Source: Candidatus Eiseniibacteriota bacterium (GTDB lineage Bacteria > Eisenbacteria > RBG-16-71-46 > CAVPCR01). From it: a stretch of 64,000 bases of DNA. The first letter of the stretch is position 1; every line of letters starts with the position of its first letter. Below, piece by piece: positions 20,249 to 31,805 of the stretch. Below the pieces are notes generated by a model. It saw only the letters and a program-made list of their open reading frames with translations, searched no databases and was not told the origin of the DNA. The translations under genes were made by a program, and so were the position numbers. The stretch is from positions 224,001 through 288,000 of the forward strand of contig CAVPCR010000002.1 of NCBI GenBank assembly GCA_963702435.1, read 5' to 3'.

Positions 20249-21373
20249 TCAGCGGGCGGGCACGAGCCGAGCCCGGTCCGCCGCGAGCCTGAGGAGGATC
20301 CCCACGGCCGCGAGATTGACCACCAGAGAAGACCCGCCGTAGCTCAGGAACGGCAGCGGCAGGCCGGTCGTCGGCATGAGGCCGGTGACCACCGCCACGT
20401 TCAGGAGCACATGCACGGCGAGCATGATGCCGATCCCCGCGGCGGTCAGAGCCGCGAAGCGATCCTCGGCTGCGCTCGCGATGGCGAGCGCCCGACTGAC
20501 GACGACAGCGTAGACCCCCAATACCAAGACGGCAGCTATAAATCCACCCTCTTCTCCGATGATCGAGAAGATGAAATCGGTGTGCGAATCGGGCAGGAAG
20601 CGGAACTTCTGCATGCCCTCCCCGATCCCCTTGCCGAGGAAGCCGCCGGACCCGAGCGCGATGAGCGACTGGTCGAGCTGGTAGCCGGAAGCGGCCCGAT
20701 CGACCGTGCCGTGGACGAGAGCATCCAGGTAGGCCTCGATGCGCTTCCACTCGTACGGCACCTGGAAGAGTCGGATCCCCACGCCGACGAGCCCGAGGCC
20801 GGCGATCAGGGCCAGATGCCGGAGCTGCGCCCCGGCCACGTAGAAGAGCCCGAACCCCGTCATGCCGATGGCCGCGGCGGTGCCCAGGTTCGGCTGCAGG
20901 GCGACCAGGCCGGCCACGCCGAGGAGGAGCACGAGCGGTGCGAAGAGGCCCTCCTTCGTGCGCACCTCGTCGCCGCGGCGGGCCAGCACCCGGCACAGGT
21001 GGAGGAGGAGCGCGAGCTTGACGAGCTCCGACGGCTGCACCGTGAGCCCGAAGAGCTGCACCCAGCGAAAGGTGCCGCGGACGCTCGACCCGCGGAACCA
21101 GGGCAGGAGCAGCGTGAGGAGGAAGATGCCGCCGAGGACGAGCACGGCCGGCGCGGCGCGCCGGATTCGCTCGAGCCCCAGCCGGTAGGTGACGAGGAGA
21201 ATGCCGATCCCGATCGCGGCGCGCAGCATCTGCCGCTCGAGGAAGTAGTCGGCTTCCCGCCCCTGGTCCTTGGCGTAGATGATGCTCGCCGAGTAGACCA
21301 TGACGAGACCGAACACGAGCAGGAAGGCGGTGGCGCCGAGGAGCACCACATCCGGACGCGGGCGCGATCTCAT
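20249..21373 (-). CDS. ftsW: SEDS peptidoglycan polymerase FtsW
   Basis: GLVMVYSAS, QPSELVK, YQLDQSLIALGSGG, LPDSHTDFIF, GLPLPFLSYGGSS; ATG overlaps murD stop. Confidence 0.97.
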   Translation of the reverse strand: MRSRPRPDVVLLGATAFLLVFGLVMVYSASIIYAKDQGREADYFLERQMLRAAIGIGILLVTYRLGLERIRRAAPAVLVLGGIFLLTLLLPWFRGSSVRGTFRWVQLFGLTVQPSELVKLALLLHLCRVLARRGDEVRTKEGLFAPLVLLLGVAGLVALQPNLGTAAAIGMTGFGLFYVAGAQLRHLALIAGLGLVGVGIRLFQVPYEWKRIEAYLDALVHGTVDRAASGYQLDQSLIALGSGGFLGKGIGEGMQKFRFLPDSHTDFIFSIIGEEGGFIAAVLVLGVYAVVVSRALAIASAAEDRFAALTAAGIGIMLAVHVLLNVAVVTGLMPTTGLPLPFLSYGGSSLVVNLAAVGILLRLAADRARLVPAR

Positions 21374-22836
21374 CAGTTGGTGGCTCCTCTCTTCCCGCCG
21401 CGGCTCTCCCCGCCCGCTCCGGGAGAAGGATCGGCGCCGGGGAGCGCCCGGGCCAGCCGGCGGAACTGCTCGCCGCGGTCCTCGAAATCGCGGAACATGT
21501 CGAAGCTCGCACACCCCGGAGCGAGGAGCACGACCTCGCCGGGCCGGGCCAAAGCGGCCGCGCGCGCGACGGCCTCGCCGAGGCTCGCGCAGTCCTCCCC
21601 CGGCACGTCCGGCCAGGCGGCGGCGAGACGGCCCCGCGCCTCGCCGATCCGGTAGACGCGCGCCACCCGCTCGCCGACGAGCGGCGCCACCGCCGCGAAG
21701 TCGCCCGCCTTGTCCCGCCCGCCGGCGATCAGATGCACACCGCGGGCGAAGGTCGACAGCGCGCTCTCGAGCGCGTGCACGTTGGTCGCCTTCGAATCGT
21801 TGATGAAGCGCACCCCGTCCCGGATCGCCACCGTCTCCAGGCGATGCGCCAGCCCGCGGAAATCCCTGAGGCCGGCCGCGAGAACCGGCGCCGGGAGGGC
21901 GAAGGGATCGAGGGCGGCGACCGCGGCGAGAGCGTTTTCGAGGTTGTGCGGCCCCGGGATGCCGAGCTCCTCCGCGGCGAGGATCCGCTCCTCCCCCGCC
22001 CTGGTCCGGCGCACGATCCAGCCGTCGACCACGGTCGCCCCGAGCGGCACGGCGTCTGGATCCCGCCCGAAGGCGAGCCGGCGCGCCCGCCCCGGGATCG
22101 CGCCCCAGCCGGCGGGGAGGACCGCGAGATCGGAAGCCTCCTGGCGGGCGAAGAGACGGAGCTTGAGCTCGCGGTAGGCAGCGAGCGACGGATGGCGATC
22201 GAGGTGATCGGGCGCCACGTTCAGGAGCACGCCGACCGCCGGCCGGAACGTGCTCACCGTCTCGAGCTGGAAGCTCGAGACCTCGACGACGAGAAGATCG
22301 TCCGCTCCCGCCTCGTCCACGGCGAGGGCGAGCGCATGCCCGACATTGCCGGCGACCGGCGCCTTCCGGCCGGCCGCGGCGAGGAGCGCCCCGAGGAGAG
22401 TGACGGTCGTCGACTTGCCGTCGGTGCCGGTCACCGCGATGAGCGGCGCCCGCGCCCGGCGCGCGGCGAGCTCGAGCTCTCCGAGAACCTCGATCCCGCG
22501 CGCCCGCGCCGCCGCGAGGAGCGGATGCTCGACCACCACGCCGGGCGACACGACGAGGAGATCGCGCCCCGTGAGGAGGGCCGCGTCCTCCCGCCCGAGG
22601 GCGAGCTCGACCCCGTACGCGGCGAGCTCGGCCGCACCTTCCGGGGCGAGCGCGTCGGCCCTGCGGTCGGCGACCAGCACGTGGGCCCCGGCGCGGGCGA
22701 GCAGCGCCGCTGCGGCGCGACCGCTCCGCGCCGCACCGAGCACGAGAGCCCGGCGATCGCGGAACTCGTCGCGCACCGCCGTGCTGCCGCCCGGCCCCGC
22801 TGCCGGCATGACCCGGTCATCCGTCATCGACCGCAC
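21373..22836 (-). CDS. murD: UDP-MurNAc-L-Ala--D-glutamate ligase
   Basis: VVSPGV, VTGTDGKSTT, EVSSFQLE, DHLDRH, NDSKATN, LAPGCASFDMF. Confidence 0.97.
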   Translation of the reverse strand: MRSMTDDRVMPAAGPGGSTAVRDEFRDRRALVLGAARSGRAAAALLARAGAHVLVADRRADALAPEGAAELAAYGVELALGREDAALLTGRDLLVVSPGVVVEHPLLAAARARGIEVLGELELAARRARAPLIAVTGTDGKSTTVTLLGALLAAAGRKAPVAGNVGHALALAVDEAGADDLLVVEVSSFQLETVSTFRPAVGVLLNVAPDHLDRHPSLAAYRELKLRLFARQEASDLAVLPAGWGAIPGRARRLAFGRDPDAVPLGATVVDGWIVRRTRAGEERILAAEELGIPGPHNLENALAAVAALDPFALPAPVLAAGLRDFRGLAHRLETVAIRDGVRFINDSKATNVHALESALSTFARGVHLIAGGRDKAGDFAAVAPLVGERVARVYRIGEARGRLAAAWPDVPGEDCASLGEAVARAAALARPGEVVLLAPGCASFDMFRDFEDRGEQFRRLARALPGADPSPGAGGESRGGKRGATN

Positions 22837-22843
22837 ATCCTCC

Positions 22844-23935
22844 TCATTGCAGCTTGAGCGTCGAGAGCGAGAGCAGGGACAGCAGGGCGCCGATGATCCA
22901 CAGGCGCACGACCACCTTGGGTTCGGCCCAGCCCAGGAGCTCGAAGTGATGATGGATGGGCGCCATGCGGAAGATCCGCCGCCCGCGCGTCTTGAACGAG
23001 ATGACCTGCAGCATGACCGAGACGGCCTCGAGCACGAAGACGCCGCCGACCAGGACGAGGAGCAGCTCGCGCTTGATGAGGATGGCGATGATGGCGAGCC
23101 CCCCGCCGAGCGAGAGCGAGCCGGTGTCCCCCATGAAGACGCTCGCCGGCGTGCAGTTCCACCACAGGAAACCGACGGCCGCGCCGATCATCGTCGCCGC
23201 GAACACGGTCAGCTCGCCCACTCCCGGGATGAAGGCGATGTTCAGGTACTCCGAGAAGCGGGCGTGGCCGGTCAGGTAGGCGATGCCGCCGAAGGCGACC
23301 GCGGCGAAGGCGACGAGACCGGCGGCCAGCCCGTCGAGCCCGTCGGTCAGGTTGACCGCGTTCGAGCTCCCGGTGAGGACGAGGATGACGAAGGGTACGA
23401 AGAGGACCCCGAGGTCGATCATCAGGTCCTTGAACAGCGGCACGTTGGTGCGAGTCGCGAGCGCCGGATCGGCCGGTTCGAGCACCAGAACGAGGCCGAC
23501 GATGAGCCCGAGGAGGATCTGCCCGAACAGCTTGTAGCGGCCGAGCAGCCCCTTCGGCGCGCGGCGGATGATGTGGAGATAGTCGTCGATGAAACCGAGC
23601 GCGCCGAGCCACAGGGTGACGAGGAGGGCGAGCTGCACGTAGCGATTCATGATGTCGGCCCACAGGAAGGTGGGGAGCACGATCGCGGCGACGATGAGCA
23701 CCCCGCCCATGGTCGGGGTGCCTTCCTTGGCGAGGTGGCTCTCCGGGCCGTCCCGGCGGATCTTCTGCACGACCTGCATGCGCCTGAGCCAGCGCACGAC
23801 GAAGGGGCCGAGGAGGAAGCAGAGGGTGAGCGAGGTGACCGCCGCGTACGCGGAGCGAAACGTGATGTAGCGGAAGACGTTCAGGAACGAGAGCGCGTCG
23901 AACTCGTGCAGCGGGTAGAGGAGGTAGTAGAGCAT
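22844..23935 (-). CDS. mraY: Phospho-MurNAc-pentapeptide translocase
   Basis: KEGTPTMGG, GFIDDY, NAVNLTDGLDGLA, FMGDTGSL, MAPIHHHFE. Confidence 0.99.
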   Translation of the reverse strand: MLYYLLYPLHEFDALSFLNVFRYITFRSAYAAVTSLTLCFLLGPFVVRWLRRMQVVQKIRRDGPESHLAKEGTPTMGGVLIVAAIVLPTFLWADIMNRYVQLALLVTLWLGALGFIDDYLHIIRRAPKGLLGRYKLFGQILLGLIVGLVLVLEPADPALATRTNVPLFKDLMIDLGVLFVPFVILVLTGSSNAVNLTDGLDGLAAGLVAFAAVAFGGIAYLTGHARFSEYLNIAFIPGVGELTVFAATMIGAAVGFLWWNCTPASVFMGDTGSLSLGGGLAIIAILIKRELLLVLVGGVFVLEAVSVMLQVISFKTRGRRIFRMAPIHHHFELLGWAEPKVVVRLWIIGALLSLLSLSTLKLQ

Positions 23936-23941
23936 GGCGGA

Positions 23942-25435
23942 TCAGCCCCCTGCCGGGTGCGGCGCCCCGCCGCGGGCGAGCGGCGCGGCGAGGATCGCCG
24001 CCACCACCGCCTCGAGTCCGAGCGCTCGCGAGGCCTTGACGAGAATCGCGTCTCCCGCGCGCAGATCGGCGAGGACCCCGGCGCCGAGCGCATCGCGGTC
24101 TGCGGCCACCGTGATCGCCGCCGCCGCCAGACCGGCCTCCCGCGCGGCGCGCGCCACGGTCTCCGCCTCGTCTCCGATCAGATGGAGCCGATCGACGACC
24201 GCCGCCGCCCGCGCCCCGAGCTCCGCGTGCGCGGCCGGCGCCGCCGCCCCCAGCTCGCGCATGTCGCCGAGGACCGCGATCCGCCGCCGGGCGGCGAGCT
24301 CGCCCAGGGTCGCGAGCGCTGCGGCCATCGATTCGGGATTCGCGTTGTAGCAGTCGTCCACCACGAGGAGCTCGCCTGCGCGCACGATGTTGAGCCGGCG
24401 CGCCGGTGGACGCATCGCTGCGAGCGCGGCCGCCATCGCCGGCCCCGCGGCTCCGCGGAGCTGTCCGGCAGCCAGGGCGAGGAGCGCGTTCGTGACGAGG
24501 ACGCGCGCCGGCACCGCGAGCTCGACCAGGAGGCCGTCGAGCCCGCGCCCCGCGGCGACGAAGCGCACGCCCGACGCGGTGACCTCGATCGCCGTGGCCC
24601 GGAGATCGGCGGCCGACCCGGGCGCCGTCCCCACCGTCAGGAGGCGCACCCCGGTCGCGCGCGCGGCCGTGATGAGCGCCGGATCATCGGCGGGCAGGAT
24701 CAGACAGCCGTCCGCGCCGAGCGCTCCTGCGAGCTCGAGCTTGGCGGCCACGATCGCGGCGCGAGACCCGAGCCCGGCGAGATGAGCGCTACCCACTCCG
24801 GTCAAGACGCCCACGTGGGGCGCCGCCGAGAGCGGCGAGCGCCGCGATCTCGCCGGGCGCATTCATGCCGAGCTCGACGACCGCCGCATGGTGCCGGCGC
24901 TCGAGCCCGAGGAGCGTCAAGGGCACGCCCAGATGATTGTTGAAGTTCCCCGGCGTCCGGTGCACCGGTCCGCACGAGCCGAGGACCGCGGCGATCATGT
25001 CCTTGGTCGTGGTCTTCCCGTAGGAGCCGGTGACGGCGATCACCAGGAGATCGCGCGCCCGCGCCCGCGCCGCCCGCCCGAGCGCGGTGAGCGCCGCCTC
25101 CGCATCGTCCACCCACGCGATGCGCCGGGCGTCGGCCTCCGCCGCCACGAGGGCGCGATCGCGCCGGGCGACGACGGCGAGCGCGGCGCCGGCCGCGAGC
25201 GCCGGGGCGACGAAGCGTGCCCCGTGCACGTGCGCGCCGGGGAGCGCGAAGAAGATCTCGCCGGGCTTCACCGCGCGGCTGTCGAGTGTGGCGCCCGTCA
25301 GGCGCGGGCCGGCTGCCGCGGCCAGCGCGTGCTCGGCGCCGAGCGCGTCGAGGGCCGCGACGAGCGCCGGCCGGTCGAGGAGGATCTCCACGGTGTCCGG
25401 CGCGAGCGATTCCATCGTGACCGTCCCCGCGCCCA

Positions 25436-25439
<4 letters not shown>
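23942..25439 (-). CDS. murF: UDP-MurNAc-tripeptide--D-Ala-D-Ala ligase, split by 1-nt insertion near 24826 (probable assembly error)
   Basis: ORF 24789-25439: DSRAV, TGSYGKTTTKD, NFNNHLGVP, ELGMN; ORF 23942-24862: VGSAHL, DCYNANPESM, VLGDMRELG, LVKASR. Confidence 0.93.
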
Positions 25440-27055
<1,616 letters not shown>

Positions 27056-27071
27056 CCTGACTCCACCTGGA

Positions 27072-29363
27072 TCAGCGCGAGCCCACGCGCCGTCCGAGCT
27101 CGGCGGCCGCCATCACGGCCGGCACCGCCCGACCATCATGGTCGCGTCCGGGCGGGCGATGCGCCGGCGCGGACGCCGTGCCCTCGGCGGCATCGAGCCT
27201 GAGCTTGAGCACCTGACCGCCCTCGAGCTCCGTCCCGGGCGGCGGCGATTGATCGAGCACCCGACCGATCCCCGCGACGCGGACCTCGAACCCCAGACCG
27301 CGGAGCCTCCCGAGCGCCTCGCGCAGCGAGAGGCCGGCGAGATCCGGCATCACCGCACGCCCCTCGGGCGTCCGGCCGAGCTGGATCACCGTGTTCCGGG
27401 GGACGCGCGTCCCCGGCGCTGGATCCTGGGTCAGGACCCGCGCGCCCTGACTTACGACCGCCGCCGAGAGACCAGCGCGCGCGAGCGCCGCCGCAGCCGC
27501 CGGAGCGACGAGGAGCCGCACATCGGGCACGGCGATCTCCGCCCCGGCCGAGACGGCGGGCGACTGCGGCTCGGTCACGAGGCGGACGCCGCCCGGGGCG
27601 TGCGTCGGCCCGAGGAGGGCGGTCGCGATCGCGCGGAAGACCGGAGCGGCCACCTCGCCGCCGTAGTGCATGCCGCTCGGCTCGTCGATCGACACGGCGA
27701 GCGCATAGCGCGGCGCGGTGGCGGGGAAGAACCCGATGAACGAGGACACGTACCGCCCTTGAGCATACCCCCGCCCGTCGGTCCGCGCCTTCTGGGCGGT
27801 GCCGGTCTTGCCGGCCACCGGTACGCCGGGCACGGCCGCCCGCTTGCCGGTGCCCGCCTCGACGACGAGGGTCAGGTAGCGCGTGAGCGTCGCCGCCGTC
27901 TCGGGGCTCATGGCCCGCCGCACCACCTCGGGCTCCGTGCGCAGCCGCACCTCGCCGTCCGGCTTCAAGACCTCGCGCACGATGCGCGGGCGGCGGAGCT
28001 CGCCGCCCCCGGCCACGGCCGCATAGGCCATGGCGAGCTGCAGAGTGGTCACGGCCACTTCCTGGCCGATGGCGACGGTCGGCGTCGAGCGCCCGCTCCA
28101 CGCCTGGACCGGACGCAGGACTCCCGCCACCTCGCCGGGCAGCTCGATGTGCGTCGGCGCCCCGAAGCCGAGCCGCTCCGCCGCGGCGTGCAACTCGCGG
28201 GAGCCGACCAGCAGGCCGATCTTCGCCGTCGCGATGTTCGAGGACTGCGCGATCACATCGGCCGCGCAGAGCCAGCCCATCTTCTTCACGTCGTTGATCA
28301 CGCAAGGCCCGAGCTTGGCCCGCCCGTTCTCGGCGAAGAACACCGAGTCGTCGTCGATCAGCTTCTGATCGAGCGCGGCGGCGAAGGTCACGACCTTGAA
28401 GGTCGACCCCGGCTCGTAGGTGTCCTCGATCGGCGCGAGCCGGTGGACCCGCCGACCCTCGCCGGGTCGCGACGAACCCGCGGCGGCGAGCGCGACCACC
28501 TCCCCGGTCGCGACCTCGACCAGCACCGCCGAGCCGCCGCGCGCCGAGTGCTCGGCGACGGCGCGGTCGAGCGCATCCTCGACCAGCCACTGCACGTTGG
28601 CGTCGATCGTGAGCACGACGCGATCGCCGGGCACGGCCGGCTTCGCCGGCCCCCCCGGCAGCGAGAGGATCTGTCCCGAAGCCTTCGTGAAGCGGGTCTC
28701 CCAGCCGTCGGCGCCGCGCAGGAACTCCTCCATCGAGCGCTCGATCCCCTCATCGCCGATCCCGTCGTGGTTCAAGGCGCCGAGGAGATCGCACCCGTCC
28801 ACGAGCTGGACCCGCCGTCCGGCCTCCTCGATGCGGAGCGCCGGACCGGTGAGCTTGCGCAGCGCGGCGGCCTCCTCGAGATCCACGTCGGCATCCAGCT
28901 CGACGAGCGGCGCACGGCGGGCGAGGATCCGGGCGATCTCGCCGGCCGGGCGGTCGAGGATGGGTGAGAGCGTCCTGGCCAGGGCCGCGCGATCGGCGAT
29001 CGCCTTGGGCTCGGCGACGAGCGTGCGGCGGGTGAGCGTGTGGAGGAGCACGCGCCCCTCGCGGTCCACGACATCGCCGCGCACCGCCGCGATCGGCACC
29101 CGCCTTTCTTGCTGGGCGGCGGCTCGCCGTGCGTACTCGCTGTGCGAGAGGATCTGCAGGTGGAAGAGCCGCAGGAGCAGTACGGCGAGTCCCACGAGCG
29201 CGAGGATACCGAGCGAGCGCGCCCTCCGCTCGATCGGGACGAGCGGACCGGCCGGCGTTCCCGCCCCGGGCCGCCGCGCCCGCCACGGAGTCGCGCGCGG
29301 GAGGCCGGACTCGCGCCGGAGGCGGCGGCGATCATCACGCCGGATGAGATCGGTGATGCGCAT
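27072..29363 (-). CDS. ftsI: Class B penicillin-binding protein FtsI with two C-terminal PASTA domains
   Basis: RGDVVDREG, EPGSTFK (SxxK), SSN, GKTGTAQK; VPDVR...TQDPAPG and MPDLAGLSLREA...QSPPPG PASTA repeats; start approximate. Confidence 0.95.
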   Translation of the reverse strand: MRITDLIRRDDRRRLRRESGLPRATPWRARRPGAGTPAGPLVPIERRARSLGILALVGLAVLLLRLFHLQILSHSEYARRAAAQQERRVPIAAVRGDVVDREGRVLLHTLTRRTLVAEPKAIADRAALARTLSPILDRPAGEIARILARRAPLVELDADVDLEEAAALRKLTGPALRIEEAGRRVQLVDGCDLLGALNHDGIGDEGIERSMEEFLRGADGWETRFTKASGQILSLPGGPAKPAVPGDRVVLTIDANVQWLVEDALDRAVAEHSARGGSAVLVEVATGEVVALAAAGSSRPGEGRRVHRLAPIEDTYEPGSTFKVVTFAAALDQKLIDDDSVFFAENGRAKLGPCVINDVKKMGWLCAADVIAQSSNIATAKIGLLVGSRELHAAAERLGFGAPTHIELPGEVAGVLRPVQAWSGRSTPTVAIGQEVAVTTLQLAMAYAAVAGGGELRRPRIVREVLKPDGEVRLRTEPEVVRRAMSPETAATLTRYLTLVVEAGTGKRAAVPGVPVAGKTGTAQKARTDGRGYAQGRYVSSFIGFFPATAPRYALAVSIDEPSGMHYGGEVAAPVFRAIATALLGPTHAPGGVRLVTEPQSPAVSAGAEIAVPDVRLLVAPAAAAALARAGLSAAVVSQGARVLTQDPAPGTRVPRNTVIQLGRTPEGRAVMPDLAGLSLREALGRLRGLGFEVRVAGIGRVLDQSPPPGTELEGGQVLKLRLDAAEGTASAPAHRPPGRDHDGRAVPAVMAAAELGRRVGSR

Positions 29364-29451
29364 GGCGACCTTGCTCCCTGGTTCGAGCGGGGCCACCTCC
29401 GGTGGCCTGCCATCCCTGGTCCCCGCGATCCGGACTGCTCCGGCGCGCGAT

Positions 29452-30015
29452 CTAGTGCCCGACGTGCTTCCCGGCGGCGCGGGCCGCGCAGATGTCGCAG
29501 CGATCGATGGACGGGCGCACGGCCGGCGTCGCCGGCGCGGCGAGACCGTCGGCGGCCGGGCCGGCCGCCTCGTCCCCCGCGTGCCCCTTCTCGGCCGCGG
29601 TCGCGGCGGCGACGCGCGCGCCGCTCCACACGCGGTCGAACCAGCTCCCCCGGGCGCCGGCACCGGGTGCCCCGAGCGGACGTGCTTCGGGAACTCGCTC
29701 GGGTTCGCCGGAAGCGAGCAGAGCCACCGCGTCGACAGCGACGCGATCGAGCCCGTTCGTACGGGCGCGCGGCTCGAGTCGTGCGAGCGCTATCGCCTGC
29801 TCCACTTCCACGCGTTCCCGATCCACCTCGCGTTCGATGGCGAGGAGAATTCGCTTCTCATCCTCGACGGTCTGGGCCGCGTCGATCAGGGTCACCCCGG
29901 TGACCCCACGCAGCACCACGAGACCGCCCACAACGACGGCGGCGAGCACGGGTACGACGTCCTGGCGCCCTGACTTGAACCCAGGCCGGCGCCCGGGTCG
30001 CTGGTAACGAGTCAT
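29452..30015 (-). CDS. ftsL: FtsL-like protein
   Basis: Short basic N-terminus, one TM, coiled coil, ARLEPRARTNGL; ATGA overlap with rsmH; canonical position. Confidence 0.65.
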   Translation of the reverse strand: MTRYQRPGRRPGFKSGRQDVVPVLAAVVVGGLVVLRGVTGVTLIDAAQTVEDEKRILLAIEREVDRERVEVEQAIALARLEPRARTNGLDRVAVDAVALLASGEPERVPEARPLGAPGAGARGSWFDRVWSGARVAAATAAEKGHAGDEAAGPAADGLAAPATPAVRPSIDRCDICAARAAGKHVGH

Positions 30016-30947
30016 CCATCCCTCCGCTGGCCTGCACGCAGGCGAGCACTTCTCGAGCGTGGATTCATGCGGACTTCTTCCGGCGAGGGCCGCACGGCCC
30101 GGCGCGTGAGCGGCACGAAGCGGGGCGCCGACCACCCGGGGGGCGGCGGCAGGTCGCGCCGCGGCGGCGGCGGCGGCGCGAAGAGCTGCTTGGCGAGGCG
30201 ATCCTCGAGCGAGTGGTAGGAGATGATGCAGAGGACGCCGCCGGGACGCAGCGCGCTGGTGGCGGCGGCGAAACCGGCCGCAACCTCGGTCAACTCGTCG
30301 TTCACCCGGATGCGCAAGGCCTGGAAGATGCGCGCGAGCGACTGGGGACGGCGGCGCGGATCGAGGACCGGGGCGAGGGCCGCGCGCAGGCGAGCGACGC
30401 TGTCGAGCGGAACCTCGGTCCGCGCGGCGACCAGACGGCGGGCGATCCGGCGCGCCTCTCGGGCGGGGAACTCGCCGTAGCGCGCCAGCACCTCGGCGAT
30501 CGCGTCTCCATCGAGCCGGGCGAGGAGATCCGCAGCTGTGTCGCGATCCTCGCCGGGATCGAAGCGGAGGTCGAGGACTCCGTCCCCCTCGAAGCTGAAA
30601 CCCCGCTTCGCCGCCAGCTGGTCGCTCGAGAGCCCAAGGTCGAGCAGCACGCCATCCACCTGCTCGATCCCCCGAACTGCGAGGATCGCTGTAAGATCAC
30701 TGCCCCGTCCGGTCACGACCTCCGCCCGGTCGCCAAAGCGGGCGAGCCGGCCGGCGGCCAGGGCCGCCGCTGCGGGATCGCGATCGACACCGATGAGAGT
30801 CCCCGACGGAGCGAGTGCCGTGAGAATCGACTCCGCATGTCCGCCCCCACCCACCGTGAGGTCCACGTATCGCCCGCTCCGTTCGGTGACGAGGTACGCG
30901 AGCACCTCGGCAACCAGGACCGGAGAGTGGGCGGTCGTGTGCCCCAC
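30012..30947 (-). CDS. rsmH: 16S rRNA m4C1402 methyltransferase
   Basis: HSPVL, DLTVGGGGHA, DLGLSSDQL, RGFSF, FQALRIRVNDEL, SYHSLEDR, NPRSRSARLR. Confidence 0.97.
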   Translation of the reverse strand: MGHTTAHSPVLVAEVLAYLVTERSGRYVDLTVGGGGHAESILTALAPSGTLIGVDRDPAAAALAAGRLARFGDRAEVVTGRGSDLTAILAVRGIEQVDGVLLDLGLSSDQLAAKRGFSFEGDGVLDLRFDPGEDRDTAADLLARLDGDAIAEVLARYGEFPAREARRIARRLVAARTEVPLDSVARLRAALAPVLDPRRRPQSLARIFQALRIRVNDELTEVAAGFAAATSALRPGGVLCIISYHSLEDRLAKQLFAPPPPPRRDLPPPPGWSAPRFVPLTRRAVRPSPEEVRMNPRSRSARLRAGQRRDG

Positions 30948-30960
30948 GGCTCACCTATCA

Positions 30961-31404
30961 TCAGAAGACGAGATTCTGAGCGATCTCCGCCATGGATTGA
31001 TCGTGCGCCGCCTCGTAAGCCGCCCAGCGTGCCGGACTCCACAGCTCGATGCGGTTGTTGGTCCCGCGGATGAGCACCTCGCCCTCGAGACCGGCGGACC
31101 GCCGGAGGTTCTCGGGGATGACGATCCGCCCCTGCGCGTCGGGCTCCACCTCGGCGATGCGCGGATAGAGCTTGCGCTCGAAGAGCCGCGCGTCGCCGGC
31201 GCTCATCGGCAGGTTGCGGATGCGTTCCGAGAAGGCGAGGTAGCCCTCCTCGTCGAGAATGACGAGGCACTCCTCGAAGCCGGGCATGATCCAGAGCGAC
31301 AGGCCCCCGTGCTTCGCCGACACGCGCCGATGGCGAGCCGGCAGACTCAGGCGTCCCTTCGGGTCGATCGCATGAAGGTCTTCCCCGATGTAAACGCCCG
31401 ACAC
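30961..31404 (-). CDS. mraZ: Transcriptional regulator MraZ
   Basis: DPKGRLSLP and DAQGRIVIP repeats, RIELWS. Confidence 0.96.
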   Translation of the reverse strand: MSGVYIGEDLHAIDPKGRLSLPARHRRVSAKHGGLSLWIMPGFEECLVILDEEGYLAFSERIRNLPMSAGDARLFERKLYPRIAEVEPDAQGRIVIPENLRRSAGLEGEVLIRGTNNRIELWSPARWAAYEAAHDQSMAEIAQNLVF

Positions 31405-31542
31405 GGAGACCTCGCTGGCGAAGAGGAGAACGCCGTGGAACCACCGCGATCACTGTTCAAACGTGTGCATCAAGATCGATCGGTGAACCCACTTAGATGG
31501 GAATAGCTGCCGCTCAGATGCCGCTATTCACCACCGGGCCGC

Positions 31543-31572
31543 AATCTATCGGGAGGTCACGAGGCGTGTCAA
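31543..31572 (-). promoter_or_regulatory. dcw operon sigma70 promoter, followed by MraZ-box-like G(T/C)GG repeats (31510-31534)
   Basis: TTGACA-N18-TAGATT with AT-rich UP-like tract; GTGG/GCGG/GCGG at 10-11 bp spacing downstream. Confidence 0.65.
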
Positions 31573-31805
31573 ACAGATTTTTCCGGTCGCCCGCGAATTT
31601 CTTCGGAGAGCCTGAAGTGCTGCCGGGAGCGAGCTTTGCCGCCGCTCGGCGCAACCGGCTGCGGGCCGGCCGGTGCGCTCCCCGCTCGCCGGGCGACCGC
31701 GTCCGACATCGCGCCGAACCGCAACGAATGTTGAGTGATGACTCACCACTCGGAAACATGGGACAGCCATGTCGAGCGCGGAACGCGCGCGGCGCCCGGT
31801 GAGCG

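Noticed and set aside
24789..24862. Programmed ribosomal frameshift in murF
   Set aside because: No slippery sequence seen; a second indel in recG points to assembly error.
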